NCBI GenBank assembly: GCA_943789275.1
Contig: CALSTM010000003.1
Coordinates: 515,935 to 579,934 of the forward strand
Reading direction: 5' to 3'
DNA from: Candidatus Poseidoniaceae archaeon
Lineage (GTDB): Archaea; Thermoplasmatota; Poseidoniia; Poseidoniales; Poseidoniaceae
Length of the DNA stretch: 64,000 nt
Part shown: positions 47,154 to 56,881 of the stretch, piece after piece
Position numbering within the stretch: the first letter of the stretch is position 1
Layout of the letters: the number at the start of each line of letters is the position of its first letter
Translations under genes and position numbers: made by a program
The notes under the pieces: model-generated
The model's input: the letters and a program-made list of their open reading frames with translations, nothing else
Told to the model about the DNA's origin: nothing
Databases searched by the model: none

Positions 47154-48428
47154 ATGGATAACTTGGATAAGACTGAGAACTACACCGTCCGCGACATCAA
47201 TTTGGCTGACAAAGGAGCACTCCTTGTCGACTGGGCACGAGCCCGTATGCCGGTTATGGCCAAAATCAAGGAAGAAGCTGAGCGCACCAAACCTCTTGCT
47301 GGAATGCGCGTTGCAGGATGCCTTCACGTCACCAAAGAGACTGCAGTTCTCATTGAAACCATCCGGGCAGCAGGAGCAGAAATCTCCTGGTCCGGTTGCA
47401 ACCCTCTTTCAACTCAAGATGAAGTGGCCGCTTGGTTGGCTGCTGAAGGATACTCCGTTCATGCATGGCACGGTCAATCCAGTGACGATTTCTATTGGTG
47501 CATTGACCGAACACTTGAGTTCAAGCCGACCCTCACGCTCGATGACGGCGCGGATCTGATTGTCCGTGTTCACACTGATAAGTTAGAATATGCACCTGGT
47601 GTCATTGGCGGTACTGAAGAAACAACCACTGGAGTTCACCGACTTCGTGCCATGGCAGCTGCTGGCGACCTCCGTTATCCAGTCATCGCCGTCAACGACG
47701 CAGTTACCAAGTGGGATTTCGACAACGTTTACGGTACCGGTCAATCAACCATTGACGGTATTCTTCGAGCGACCTCTGTCCTCATTGCAGGCAAGACATT
47801 CGTTGTTGCTGGTTTCGGCCACTGTGGAAGTGGACTTGCTATGCGTGCTCGTGGAATGGGCGCCAATGTCGTCATCACTGAAGTCGACCCTCTTCCTGCT
47901 CTTCGAGCGGTTATGGAAGGTTACAGTGTGATGACCATGGATGAGGCAGCGAAAATCGGAGACATCTTCTGTACCGCAACAGGAATGGAAGACGTCATCA
48001 CCGGTGCTCACTTTGATTCAATGAAAGACGGAGCCATCATCTCCAACACCGGTCACTACGATTGTGAAATCAAGATTACCGATTTGGAAGAGCGTGCATC
48101 TTCCGTTCGAACGATTCGAGACAACAACGAAGAGTTCCTGATGCCGGATGGTCGACGCATTTTCTTGCTTGCTCGTGGCCGATTGGTGAACCTCGCTGCT
48201 GCAGAAGGCCACCCATCAGAAGTCATGGACATGTCGTTTGCAAACCAGTTCCTTTCGCTTTGCCGCTTGGCCAAAGAAGGTGGTTCGATGGGTAAGGAAG
48301 TGTATGACATCACGAAGGAGCAAGACCAAGATCTCGCAACAACGAAACTTGACACACTCGGTTTCAGTATCGATGTCTTGACCGATGCTCAACTCGCCTA
48401 CCTTGACGACTATACCGTCGGAACATGA
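47154..48428 (+). CDS. ahcY: adenosylhomocysteinase
   Basis: Colinear with SAH hydrolase: NAD-binding GFGHCGSG and conserved GCLHVTKETAVLIETIRAAGAE and DGRRIFLLARGRLVNL; 424 aa. Confidence 0.95.
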   Translation: MDNLDKTENYTVRDINLADKGALLVDWARARMPVMAKIKEEAERTKPLAGMRVAGCLHVTKETAVLIETIRAAGAEISWSGCNPLSTQDEVAAWLAAEGYSVHAWHGQSSDDFYWCIDRTLEFKPTLTLDDGADLIVRVHTDKLEYAPGVIGGTEETTTGVHRLRAMAAAGDLRYPVIAVNDAVTKWDFDNVYGTGQSTIDGILRATSVLIAGKTFVVAGFGHCGSGLAMRARGMGANVVITEVDPLPALRAVMEGYSVMTMDEAAKIGDIFCTATGMEDVITGAHFDSMKDGAIISNTGHYDCEIKITDLEERASSVRTIRDNNEEFLMPDGRRIFLLARGRLVNLAAAEGHPSEVMDMSFANQFLSLCRLAKEGGSMGKEVYDITKEQDQDLATTKLDTLGFSIDVLTDAQLAYLDDYTVGT

Positions 48429-48456
48429 GTTTTCTTCTGTGACTCATCTCCGACAA

Positions 48457-48518
48457 GGGTCGGTTTTTGGCCTACTTCTGCCGCTTCCGGCGTTGAGTTT
48501 AAGGCCAAAAAGGTCGAC
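48457..48518 (+). terminator. oligo-T containing inverted repeat (GGTCGGTTTTTGGCC ... GGCCAAAAAGGTCGAC) just downstream of ahcY
   Basis: T5 tract 30 nt after the ahcY stop, inside a long imperfect inverted repeat. Consistent with an archaeal oligo-T terminator; function inferred. Confidence 0.3.
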
Positions 48519-48526
48519 GTTTCATC

Positions 48527-48817
48527 ATGGTCTCAGAATCAACTGCATTTCTGATTGATGTTGTGATAACTCTTGTCAGTGCAGTACTGATTTTGGGCAC
48601 ATTGTATCAATATTTTTTCAAAAACAAAAATTTTATTCAAGCAATCACCGTTCCTTTTGGTAATCCAACCTCTTTGGATTCGACGGATTCTGAGCCAGTC
48701 GAGTCAGTTGATCAAGTTACATTTACGAAACGCAAAAAGCGGTGGTTGATGGCAATCATTGTAGTCTTTAACATCGTCTTTTTCTATGCTGTATACGTTT
48801 ACGTTCTACCCTACTGA
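48527..48817 (+). CDS. hypothetical small membrane protein (2 TM)
   Basis: Hydrophobic N-terminal (FLIDVVITLVSAVLILGTLY) and C-terminal (WLMAIIVVFNIVFFYAVYVYVL) helices. No known domain. Confidence 0.4.
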   Translation: MVSESTAFLIDVVITLVSAVLILGTLYQYFFKNKNFIQAITVPFGNPTSLDSTDSEPVESVDQVTFTKRKKRWLMAIIVVFNIVFFYAVYVYVLPY

Positions 48818-48869
48818 AGGAATTGAAATGATCAATATCTTCTGGTGAACTGGCATCCACCTGAACGAA

Positions 48870-49796
48870 TCAGTTTCCTTCGAAGATGGCCATGGCCTGT
48901 TCAACCGAGGCACCTTCGCATATGATGGCATGACAAGCCGCAGTCATTCGCACTGCAGACTCAGTATCCCTTTGGTGAATGTTTCGACCGGTCGCAGCAC
49001 CCATGCAGTTGCCAACACTCATTTGAGCGTGAAGGCGTTCCAAGAATTCCAAAGCAGGAAGAGAACCGCCACCTGAGCAAATAATTCCAGTTCGTCCAGC
49101 AGCCTGTGCAGCGATAGCGAGGGATTCCGGCTGGGTCATTCCTTCGAATGCACGAGGATAGTTGACCTTCGCAAAATCAGCACCAATACAGGCAGCAACG
49201 CCAGCAGCACCGGCGATAAGTTGTGGGTCTTTTTCATCGGCGACAGCTTGTCCACGTGGGTACATCCACACAACAGCAATCATACCAAGTTCGTGTGCTT
49301 GGCGAATGAATTGAGCAGCCTCGGTCATCATGTCGTGTTCATATTCACTGCCGATGTAAATGGTGTAGCCAATGCCAACAACGTTGATGCCGTTGTGCGT
49401 CAAAGCCATGACGTCGTCCATTTCCCACATTGCCTGGGACACAGGGTCGCGTTGACTGGTTTTGACCATGTGTGATTTTGAATTGAGTTTCACCAAATAC
49501 GGCAAATCAGGGTAATCTCGGGCATACTGTGAGATGAGGCCGAGTTGCCCTGCAAGAACACCAATGGTTCCAGCATCGTGACAGCGTTGACCGATTTCAA
49601 ACAAATGACCTGGGTCGTTTGAGGTGATTGGTATTTTGTCGCCGCCGTCGTAGAAATCATCGTTGAGGTGTTCGATTTTTTGGTCGCAAGCAAACAGGTT
49701 CATTTTGCCCGTTCCAGCCGTTGCAGCATCCATATTTTGGATATAAATGTCAATCAAGTCGTTCGGCACATCTGCGGGGACATTGTACTTCAACAT
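48870..49796 (-). CDS. class I fructose-bisphosphate aldolase (DhnA/FbaB-type; could alternatively be an ADH synthase)
   Basis: Strong similarity to E. coli FbaB around the Schiff-base Lys (LPYLVKLNSKSHM) and GIGYTIYIGSEYEHDMMTEAAQFIRQAHELGMIAVVWMYPRG. Confidence 0.75.
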   Translation of the reverse strand: MLKYNVPADVPNDLIDIYIQNMDAATAGTGKMNLFACDQKIEHLNDDFYDGGDKIPITSNDPGHLFEIGQRCHDAGTIGVLAGQLGLISQYARDYPDLPYLVKLNSKSHMVKTSQRDPVSQAMWEMDDVMALTHNGINVVGIGYTIYIGSEYEHDMMTEAAQFIRQAHELGMIAVVWMYPRGQAVADEKDPQLIAGAAGVAACIGADFAKVNYPRAFEGMTQPESLAIAAQAAGRTGIICSGGGSLPALEFLERLHAQMSVGNCMGAATGRNIHQRDTESAVRMTAACHAIICEGASVEQAMAIFEGN

Positions 49797-49978
49797 CGTT
49801 CACCTTGAGTTGGGCGAAACGCACTGAGGACTTCAAGACTACGGCAGGATTCTTACGAGTCATTTCCTCTTTTTTTGAGATTTATTGACTTGTGGGGGAA
49901 AAATGTTCATTCGAAAACATGATTCCCGCCTTTCATGACTGGTAAACAGTATTACCTAATGCCGATTAATGTAGGCCT

Positions 49979-52900
49979 ATGCCCAGCATACGCCATGCGA
50001 ATTTCAACCGAGCCGTCGTTTTATCGCTCTTGATGATGATGATGACCCAAGTTGGTTATCTTGAATCCATGAACCCGTGGACAAACGGCGAAGAAACGCT
50101 CGACTCGAACGAAGTGATTTCACATACGTCTGCTGCAACGTCCGTGATGTATGGGAACAATTCGTTGTGGGCTCCTGACGGTAGTCAAATATTCAATGCT
50201 GGCGATGAAATGATGGCCGTTACATCCGATGTTGTGTTTTATATAGGAGCCACTAATCAAAACCCTCAAGACTTTGAGAAATGTTTGGCTGCATACAACT
50301 CCTCCAACATGACGAGATGGATTCCAAACATTGCAGGTCGATCAAATACCTGCTCTAGTAGTGTAGTAGGCCAGTCGATTGCTGAATTCAACTTCATTAC
50401 TCAAGTCGATGGACTCACATTTTTTGTCATGAAGGCCTCCCCAGGCAGGCAACAGATTCATGCCTACAATCCTGCAAACGACACGGTGTATCTTCACGAC
50501 ACCTCCCGTACTGGAAAAACTATTCTTGATAGTGTTGCAATTGGCAGAACAATATACTCACTGCAAAACTACCCCTTTATGATGACAGCATACAACATTG
50601 ACAATGGTTCTTCATGGGATATCTCAACTTCATCCCAATATTTTGTTGGTTTAAACGCCGTAGGAGGCAAAATTCTAGCTTTCAACAACAATACACAACA
50701 ACCATCGGGTCCGAATAATTGCAGCTACACAGGTTCATGTTATGAGCCATGGATTTACGATCCAGCCAACAACACATGGTTCAGGCCAACAAGAGGAAAC
50801 GAAATCATCAACAGGCCCATTGCGACAAGTGATTCCAAAGCCCTTGTCACCAATGGACAGATGTTTTGGGCTGACACTAACTACACCTACGGAATGGGTG
50901 CGTGGGTGTTTGATTCATCCAACAACACATATTGGATGCTTGATGCAAATGCGTCAACAGGGATGTCAACTATCACAACTGGACGATCTTCAGCAATTCG
51001 TTCTGGAACATCAATTTTCTATCTTACCAGACCTGCGTATTCGGTTTCCGGGCAAACCTTGTATGGCCTCGATCTTTGGGGTTACAGCACTGTCAATTCG
51101 TCGAGTTGGCGTCTATCGAACATCACGGAATTGCACCAACCTGATGCTCAATATGGATGTTCACAACAGCTTGCCGGACTCGCCAATGGCGATTTTGTGA
51201 TGTCCTTCGGGCGGGGTACGGGTTGCAACACGGTAGAAGTCGTATTTTATTCTTTAACCAACGACACGGCATGGCAAGTTTCTGGACTCGACTCTCCAAG
51301 CGATACCTCAAAGGTTTATTCTTTTCAGGGAAATGATATGGGACTATTGGGGGTTTATGGGAACACTGTTTATCTGAAGGGTAAAACTGCATACCCTTCC
51401 TATGAGCATGGACTCATTGCTTATGACGCTACGAATGGTTCATCGTATTCAACAACGGTTACGGGAGGATTCATCTCTGGTATTACCAGTAACCAGCCCG
51501 TACTCGGAAACGGGGGTCAATTCGTTTTCACGATGGGAAGTTATACCTGTGACTGTAACCCTTCTTGGGCAGATAGCTCCAGATATTCGTTTGCAGTCTG
51601 GACACCAACCGCTATCACCGTTAGCGATGCATGGAATCTCACACCTGGTCAGCGTATCGATGGACCGATTACAGGAGGTTTGGGCGGCGCATCGGATTCG
51701 GGTGTAGGCGTTCAAAATCTAACTGCCAGTGCCGAAGGTGCAGAACTCATCATCGACGAGGCCATGACCAACATCACCTTCCAATACAATTCCAGTGCGG
51801 CAAGCGGCTCAGGCGGCGGCTCAGGCGGCATGACCAACGTCACCGGTGCAACCTGCAGCGTTTCACCTTCTCTTCCAACCGGCCTATCCATCGACAGCGG
51901 CACGTGCACCATCAGCGGTACACCTTCAGTTGCAACAACGAACACAACTTACACGGTCACGGCGGTCATGAGCGGTGTGACCTACCAGACAACGGTATGG
52001 CTCTCAAGCGCTTACCTCCCACTCACGCCAAGTGTCGAAGGTGCAGAACTCATCCTCGATGAGGCCATGACCAACATCACCTTCCAGTACAACGCCAGTG
52101 CAGCAAGCGGCTCAGGCAGCGGCTCGGGCAGCGGCGGCATGACCAACCTCACCAATGCAACAAGTTGTGTTGCTTCACCAAGCCTACCAACCGGCCTGTC
52201 CATCGACAGCAGCACGTGCACCATCAGCGGTACACCAACGGTTGCGACGACAAACACGACCTACACGGTCACCGCCAACATCAGCAACGTAACCTACCAG
52301 CCAACGGTATGGCTCTCAAGCGCTTACCTACCACTCACGCCAAGTGTCGAAGGTGCAGAACTCATCCTCGATGAGGCCATGACCAACATCACCTTCCAGT
52401 ACAACGCCAGTGCAGCAAGCGGCTCAGGCAGCGGCTCAAATCAATCAAGTTTCGTCAATAACATCGGACTGAGAACCACATCGGGTTCAGCCACTCAAAT
52501 GATCAATGGGACAGCCATCACACCGATTGAATTCTCTCTTGAATGGGACAATTTCTCCCTGCCGAGTAATCTGAGTTCCAATGAAAAGGTGACATTCCCG
52601 TTCGACCATTCGTTCAACGACACATCGTCCACGCCCATGGAAAACTCAACCGCTTCGAACCTCACCTACGACCGACACGGCCGAGAAATGCACGCCCTGG
52701 ATGATGAAATTGAATACGGTTGGAGTGCGACAAATCGCAGTGAATTGGCAATCAATTCAAACACCATTTCACTCTCTCTTTGGGTAAAGCCAACCAATGT
52801 TGGGACAGTGCAAAACATCATCGACAACCACCCACAATACGACCTTAGAATAGATGCAAACGGGGCGCTCAGCTTCAGAATACGTCAAACTGGCAACGGA

Positions 52901-55900
52901 GCGTGGAACGACCATTATTCGAGCATACAACTCGAGAATGATGTGTGGTATCACATTGGCGTATCCGCAACGTACAGCAGCGGTTACGTGGTGAATTTCT
53001 ACGTAAATGGGTCGTCTGATGTCACGCGAACATCATCAGGTACTCAATTTACATCAACGTCAGGGACTACTTTAGGCCTCAGCAGTGCCGATAGTTGGTA
53101 TGATGGCTTTGATGGTGTTCTTGATGACCTGTACATATACGACGGACTCCTCTCTGCATCGAATTTTGCCACACTGATGGATGTCGGTGAAATCACGTGG
53201 GATATTTCGCCCGCTCTTCCGAGTGAATTGTCGCTGGATACAATCACAGGGACAATCACTGGAACACCTCCTAGCTCCCAAGGCGCAGGCCAATACACGG
53301 TGTATGCCAACTCCTCCACGACTTCCTATTCGCGAACATTCAACCTGAGTTTGAATTCATTCATGCCCACCGTCACCGGTGCAACATGTACGGTTTCACC
53401 TTCCCTTCCAACCGGCCTGTCCATCGACAGCAGCACGTGCACCATCAGCGGTACACCAACGGTTGAGACGAGCAACACGACCTACACGGTCACCGCCAAC
53501 ATCAGCAACGTGACCTACCAGGGCAGCGTGTGGTTGTCCACCTCGACGTTCGGCACCATCACCTCAGCGGTGGAAGGTGCGGCGCTCAACTTGGGTGAAG
53601 CGATGACCCCGATCACGCTCAATTACACGGTGAACGTCAACGCTTCATCTGGTTCTTCAGGATCTTCCGGTTCCAGTGGAGGCTCGGGTTCAAGCGGCGG
53701 CTCTTCGAGTTCCTCGTCCTCTGTTTATGCAAACAACAAGCTGTCTGCTGGATCTTCCCACACCTGTGCCATCCTTGACAACGGCGACCTGAAGTGTTGG
53801 GGGCTGGGATGGCACGGACAGTTGGGCGATGGAGGAAGCGGGTTTAGCTACGACACCAACGCACCTTCATCCACCGCCATCAACCTCGGCAGTGGCCGAA
53901 CGGCCGTTGCTGTGTCTGCTGGAGGTTCCCACACCTGCGCCATCCTTGACAACGGCGACCTGAAGTGTTGGGGGTATGACGGCTACGGACAGTTGGGCGA
54001 TGGAGGAAGCAACACGAACACCAACGCACCTTCATCCACCGCCATCAACCTCGGCACGGGCCGCACGGCCGTTGCTGTGTCTGCTGGAGGTTCCCACATC
54101 TGCGCCATCCTTGACAACGGCGACCTGAAGTGTTGGGGGCGGGACAATTACGGACAGTTGGGCGACGGTGGAAGCAACACGGACACCAACGCACCTTCAT
54201 CCACCGCCATCAACCTCGGCACGGGCCGAACGGCCGTTGCGGTGGCTGCTGGATCTTACCATGAGTTTACCTGTGCCATCCTTGACAACGGCGACCTGAA
54301 GTGTTGGGGGCGGGACACTTCGGGACAGTTGGGCGATGGAGCAGGCACCAATAACCTCAACGCACCTTCTTCCACGCCGATTGACCTTGGCAGTGGCCGA
54401 ACGGCCGTTGCGGTGTCTGCTGGAAGTGCCCACGCCTGCGCCATCCTTGACAACGGTGACCTGAAGTGTTGGGGGTCTAACTCCTTTGGGTCGTTGGGCG
54501 ATGGAGGAAGCCACGCGTACACCAACGCACCTTCATCCACCGCCATCAACCTCGGCACGGGCCGAACGGCCGTTGCTGTGTCTGCTGGAAATGGCTTCAC
54601 CTGCGCCATCCTTGACAACGGTGAGGCGAAGTGTTGGGGGTATGACTACAGTGGACAGTTGGGCGATGGAGGAAGCAACACGAACACCAACGCACCTTCA
54701 TCCACCGCCATCAACCTCGGCACGGGCCGAACGGCCGTTGCGGTGGCTGGTGGAAATGGCCACAACTGCGCCATCCTTGACAACGGTGAGGCGAAGTGTT
54801 GGGGGTATAACTCCCAAGGAGAGTTGGGCGACGGTGGAAGCAACACCAATCAGGGTTCACCGGTAGCTGTTTCTGGCAGCAACACCTGGGATGCCACGAC
54901 CACCATCGCCACTTGGGAAACACACCCTGCTTTACCAGCGGGCATGAGCATCTCAGGCGGTACGATCAGCGGCACACCTTCGGTCTATGCGACCAATCAA
55001 ACCTACACGATTTACGCCAATAAGAGCGGTTATTCAACCACGCACGAGTTGTACTTTAGCGTGGATACAGACAATGCGCATACCGTCGTTGAAAATCAGA
55101 CGATTGATCCAATTGGCTTCCATCCTCCGTTCTGGAACGGTACGACCGCTTGGACGGTCTCACCTGCCTTGCCGGGCAACCTCTCCATCAACGGAAGCAC
55201 CGGTGAAATCACCGGAACGGTCAACGGAACGCTGACCAACACCACCTACACGGTGACAGCGACGCACAGTGGCTCAGGCGCTGCAACGGAAACCTTCTCG
55301 TTCAACTTGCAGAGTCTTGCTGATTACGATGGCGACGGTCTTGCCAACGACTTGCCAAGCGATTACGATGCAGCTGAAGGGCCAACCTCTGGTCTTGTTG
55401 CTGACGATGATGACGACGGCGACGGCCTTGCCGACAGCATCGAAACGAATACTGGAACCTACATTGACGCCAGCGATACGGGCACCGACCCATTGAATCC
55501 AGACACCGACGGTGATGGTATCTGCGACGGACCAAATGCAGTACCTCCAATCTGTGTTGCAGGTCCAGACATGGACCCGAACGGTGAGAGTTTCCCACCA
55601 ACCTTGGTGGCCATCAACAACACCGCCATCTCAACGCTTGCTCCATACTTGGCAGTAAGCGGTGGAACGTACGAAATTGCACCCGACTTGCCAGCAACCC
55701 TGTCACTTGACCCCGCAACCGGTGAAATCACCGGTACACCGACCGAAACCATCACCAACACGACCTTCACCATGTGGTCGAACAACTCCAACGGTGATTC
55801 TCTCTCGTGGAACTTCACCATTGAAATCTTGGAAGACAGCGACGGCGACGGAATGCCAAACGAACTTCCGGGCGATTATGATCCAACCAACCCTGATGCA

Positions 55901-56881
55901 CCTGGCCTTGTGGAAGACACTGACGATGATAACGACGGACTTTCCGACACCAACGAATCAGAGATTGGCACCAATCCACTCAACCCAGATACAGACGGCG
56001 ACGGTATGTGCGACGGACCTGTGGCTTCGCCACCAGACTGCGTTGCTGGCCCTGACGCCTTCCCGCTTGACCCTGCTGGCGACACCGATACAGACGGCGA
56101 CGGCAACCCAGACACGCTTAACCCTCCTTCAAACAGCGACCCTGCTTTGGTTGAGGACTTGGACGACGACGGTGACGGCTTGGACGACGTGAACGAAACG
56201 GGCACGGGCATCTACAACAGCAGCACTGACACGGGAACCGACCCGCTTGACCCAGACACCGATAACGACGGTATTTGCGACGGACCGAACGCTGTCTATG
56301 ACGTTCAAGGCAACCTCATCTGCGTTGCTGGACCTGACGATACACCGTTTGGCGAAGCTGCGGAAGGGGTTGTGTATGGCTTGAACAACACACAGTTCTC
56401 AAGTCTCGTACCGCCTTACCAATTGCCTGGTGCAACATGGAGTATTTCTCCAGACTTGCCTGATGGACTGAGCATTGACCCAGTCAGCGGAATCATCAGC
56501 GGAACACCGACTGAAGTGATGGACAACATCACCTTCACCATTTTCGGCATCGCTCTGATACCTCATCCATCACCTTTGATTTCAACTTGCAAATTTTGGA
56601 AGACACTGACCGCGACGGTCTGCCCAACGACCTGCCCGACGATTATCCGGTTGACGGAGAACTCATCGAAGACTTGGACGACGACGGTGATGGTGCTTCT
56701 GACCTCTCAGAAACCGGTACTGGAATCTACAACGGAACGGATGACATGGGTACAGACCCGCTTGATCCTGATACGGATGATGACGGAATCTGTGACGGTC
56801 CAAACGATGTTCTGCCGCAATGTATCGGTGGTCCTGACTCCAATCCGTTTGGTACTGGACCGCTCGGGCCTACAGTTTTAG
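49979..56881 (+). CDS. giant cell-surface adhesin-like protein, N-terminal 2300-aa segment (frame A) of a gene apparently broken by frameshifts
   Basis: Signal peptide (VVLSLLMMMMTQVGYL), an NxS/T-rich Kelch-like region, three ~103-aa near-identical CADG/He_PIG-type Ig-like repeats (SPSLPTGLSIDSSTCTISGTPTVATTNTTYTVTA), a LamG/ConA-like lectin domain (SLWVKPTNVGTVQNIID...), a Ser/Gly linker, seven RCC1-like repeats (CAILDNGDLKCWG..GQLGDGG), more He_PIG domains and TSP type-3-like Ca-binding repeats (DTDGDGICDGPN, DDDDDGDGLAD). Confidence 0.8.
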   Translation: MPSIRHANFNRAVVLSLLMMMMTQVGYLESMNPWTNGEETLDSNEVISHTSAATSVMYGNNSLWAPDGSQIFNAGDEMMAVTSDVVFYIGATNQNPQDFEKCLAAYNSSNMTRWIPNIAGRSNTCSSSVVGQSIAEFNFITQVDGLTFFVMKASPGRQQIHAYNPANDTVYLHDTSRTGKTILDSVAIGRTIYSLQNYPFMMTAYNIDNGSSWDISTSSQYFVGLNAVGGKILAFNNNTQQPSGPNNCSYTGSCYEPWIYDPANNTWFRPTRGNEIINRPIATSDSKALVTNGQMFWADTNYTYGMGAWVFDSSNNTYWMLDANASTGMSTITTGRSSAIRSGTSIFYLTRPAYSVSGQTLYGLDLWGYSTVNSSSWRLSNITELHQPDAQYGCSQQLAGLANGDFVMSFGRGTGCNTVEVVFYSLTNDTAWQVSGLDSPSDTSKVYSFQGNDMGLLGVYGNTVYLKGKTAYPSYEHGLIAYDATNGSSYSTTVTGGFISGITSNQPVLGNGGQFVFTMGSYTCDCNPSWADSSRYSFAVWTPTAITVSDAWNLTPGQRIDGPITGGLGGASDSGVGVQNLTASAEGAELIIDEAMTNITFQYNSSAASGSGGGSGGMTNVTGATCSVSPSLPTGLSIDSGTCTISGTPSVATTNTTYTVTAVMSGVTYQTTVWLSSAYLPLTPSVEGAELILDEAMTNITFQYNASAASGSGSGSGSGGMTNLTNATSCVASPSLPTGLSIDSSTCTISGTPTVATTNTTYTVTANISNVTYQPTVWLSSAYLPLTPSVEGAELILDEAMTNITFQYNASAASGSGSGSNQSSFVNNIGLRTTSGSATQMINGTAITPIEFSLEWDNFSLPSNLSSNEKVTFPFDHSFNDTSSTPMENSTASNLTYDRHGREMHALDDEIEYGWSATNRSELAINSNTISLSLWVKPTNVGTVQNIIDNHPQYDLRIDANGALSFRIRQTGNGAWNDHYSSIQLENDVWYHIGVSATYSSGYVVNFYVNGSSDVTRTSSGTQFTSTSGTTLGLSSADSWYDGFDGVLDDLYIYDGLLSASNFATLMDVGEITWDISPALPSELSLDTITGTITGTPPSSQGAGQYTVYANSSTTSYSRTFNLSLNSFMPTVTGATCTVSPSLPTGLSIDSSTCTISGTPTVETSNTTYTVTANISNVTYQGSVWLSTSTFGTITSAVEGAALNLGEAMTPITLNYTVNVNASSGSSGSSGSSGGSGSSGGSSSSSSSVYANNKLSAGSSHTCAILDNGDLKCWGLGWHGQLGDGGSGFSYDTNAPSSTAINLGSGRTAVAVSAGGSHTCAILDNGDLKCWGYDGYGQLGDGGSNTNTNAPSSTAINLGTGRTAVAVSAGGSHICAILDNGDLKCWGRDNYGQLGDGGSNTDTNAPSSTAINLGTGRTAVAVAAGSYHEFTCAILDNGDLKCWGRDTSGQLGDGAGTNNLNAPSSTPIDLGSGRTAVAVSAGSAHACAILDNGDLKCWGSNSFGSLGDGGSHAYTNAPSSTAINLGTGRTAVAVSAGNGFTCAILDNGEAKCWGYDYSGQLGDGGSNTNTNAPSSTAINLGTGRTAVAVAGGNGHNCAILDNGEAKCWGYNSQGELGDGGSNTNQGSPVAVSGSNTWDATTTIATWETHPALPAGMSISGGTISGTPSVYATNQTYTIYANKSGYSTTHELYFSVDTDNAHTVVENQTIDPIGFHPPFWNGTTAWTVSPALPGNLSINGSTGEITGTVNGTLTNTTYTVTATHSGSGAATETFSFNLQSLADYDGDGLANDLPSDYDAAEGPTSGLVADDDDDGDGLADSIETNTGTYIDASDTGTDPLNPDTDGDGICDGPNAVPPICVAGPDMDPNGESFPPTLVAINNTAISTLAPYLAVSGGTYEIAPDLPATLSLDPATGEITGTPTETITNTTFTMWSNNSNGDSLSWNFTIEILEDSDGDGMPNELPGDYDPTNPDAPGLVEDTDDDNDGLSDTNESEIGTNPLNPDTDGDGMCDGPVASPPDCVAGPDAFPLDPAGDTDTDGDGNPDTLNPPSNSDPALVEDLDDDGDGLDDVNETGTGIYNSSTDTGTDPLDPDTDNDGICDGPNAVYDVQGNLICVAGPDDTPFGEAAEGVVYGLNNTQFSSLVPPYQLPGATWSISPDLPDGLSIDPVSGIISGTPTEVMDNITFTIFGIALIPHPSPLISTCKFWKTLTATVCPTTCPTIIRLTENSSKTWTTTVMVLLTSQKPVLESTTERMTWVQTRLILIRMMTESVTVQTMFCRNVSVVLTPIRLVLDRSGLQF
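51725..52440 (+). repeat. about 2.4 copies of a 303-312-bp near-identical tandem repeat encoding CADG/He_PIG-like domains
   Basis: AGTGTCGAAGGTGCAGAACTCATCCTCGATGAGGCCATGACCAACATCACCTTCCAGTACAACGCCAGTGCAGCAAGCGGCTCAGGC recurs at 52031 and 52343. Antisense ORFs 51712-51945 and 52012-52257 are near-identical. Confidence 0.8.
53741..54870 (+). repeat. seven tandem RCC1-like repeats (156-159 bp each) with high nucleotide identity
   Basis: Recurring GCCATCCTTGACAACGGCGACCTGAAGTGTTGGGGG...GGACAGTTGGGCGATGGAGGAAGCAAC. Seven blades fit an RCC1-type beta-propeller. Confidence 0.8.

Noticed and set aside
54197-54923. Several 60-126-aa minus/plus alternate-frame ORFs inside the RCC1 repeat region
   Set aside because: Repetitive translations with no start context, nested in the giant adhesin gene. 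Artefacts of tandem repeats.
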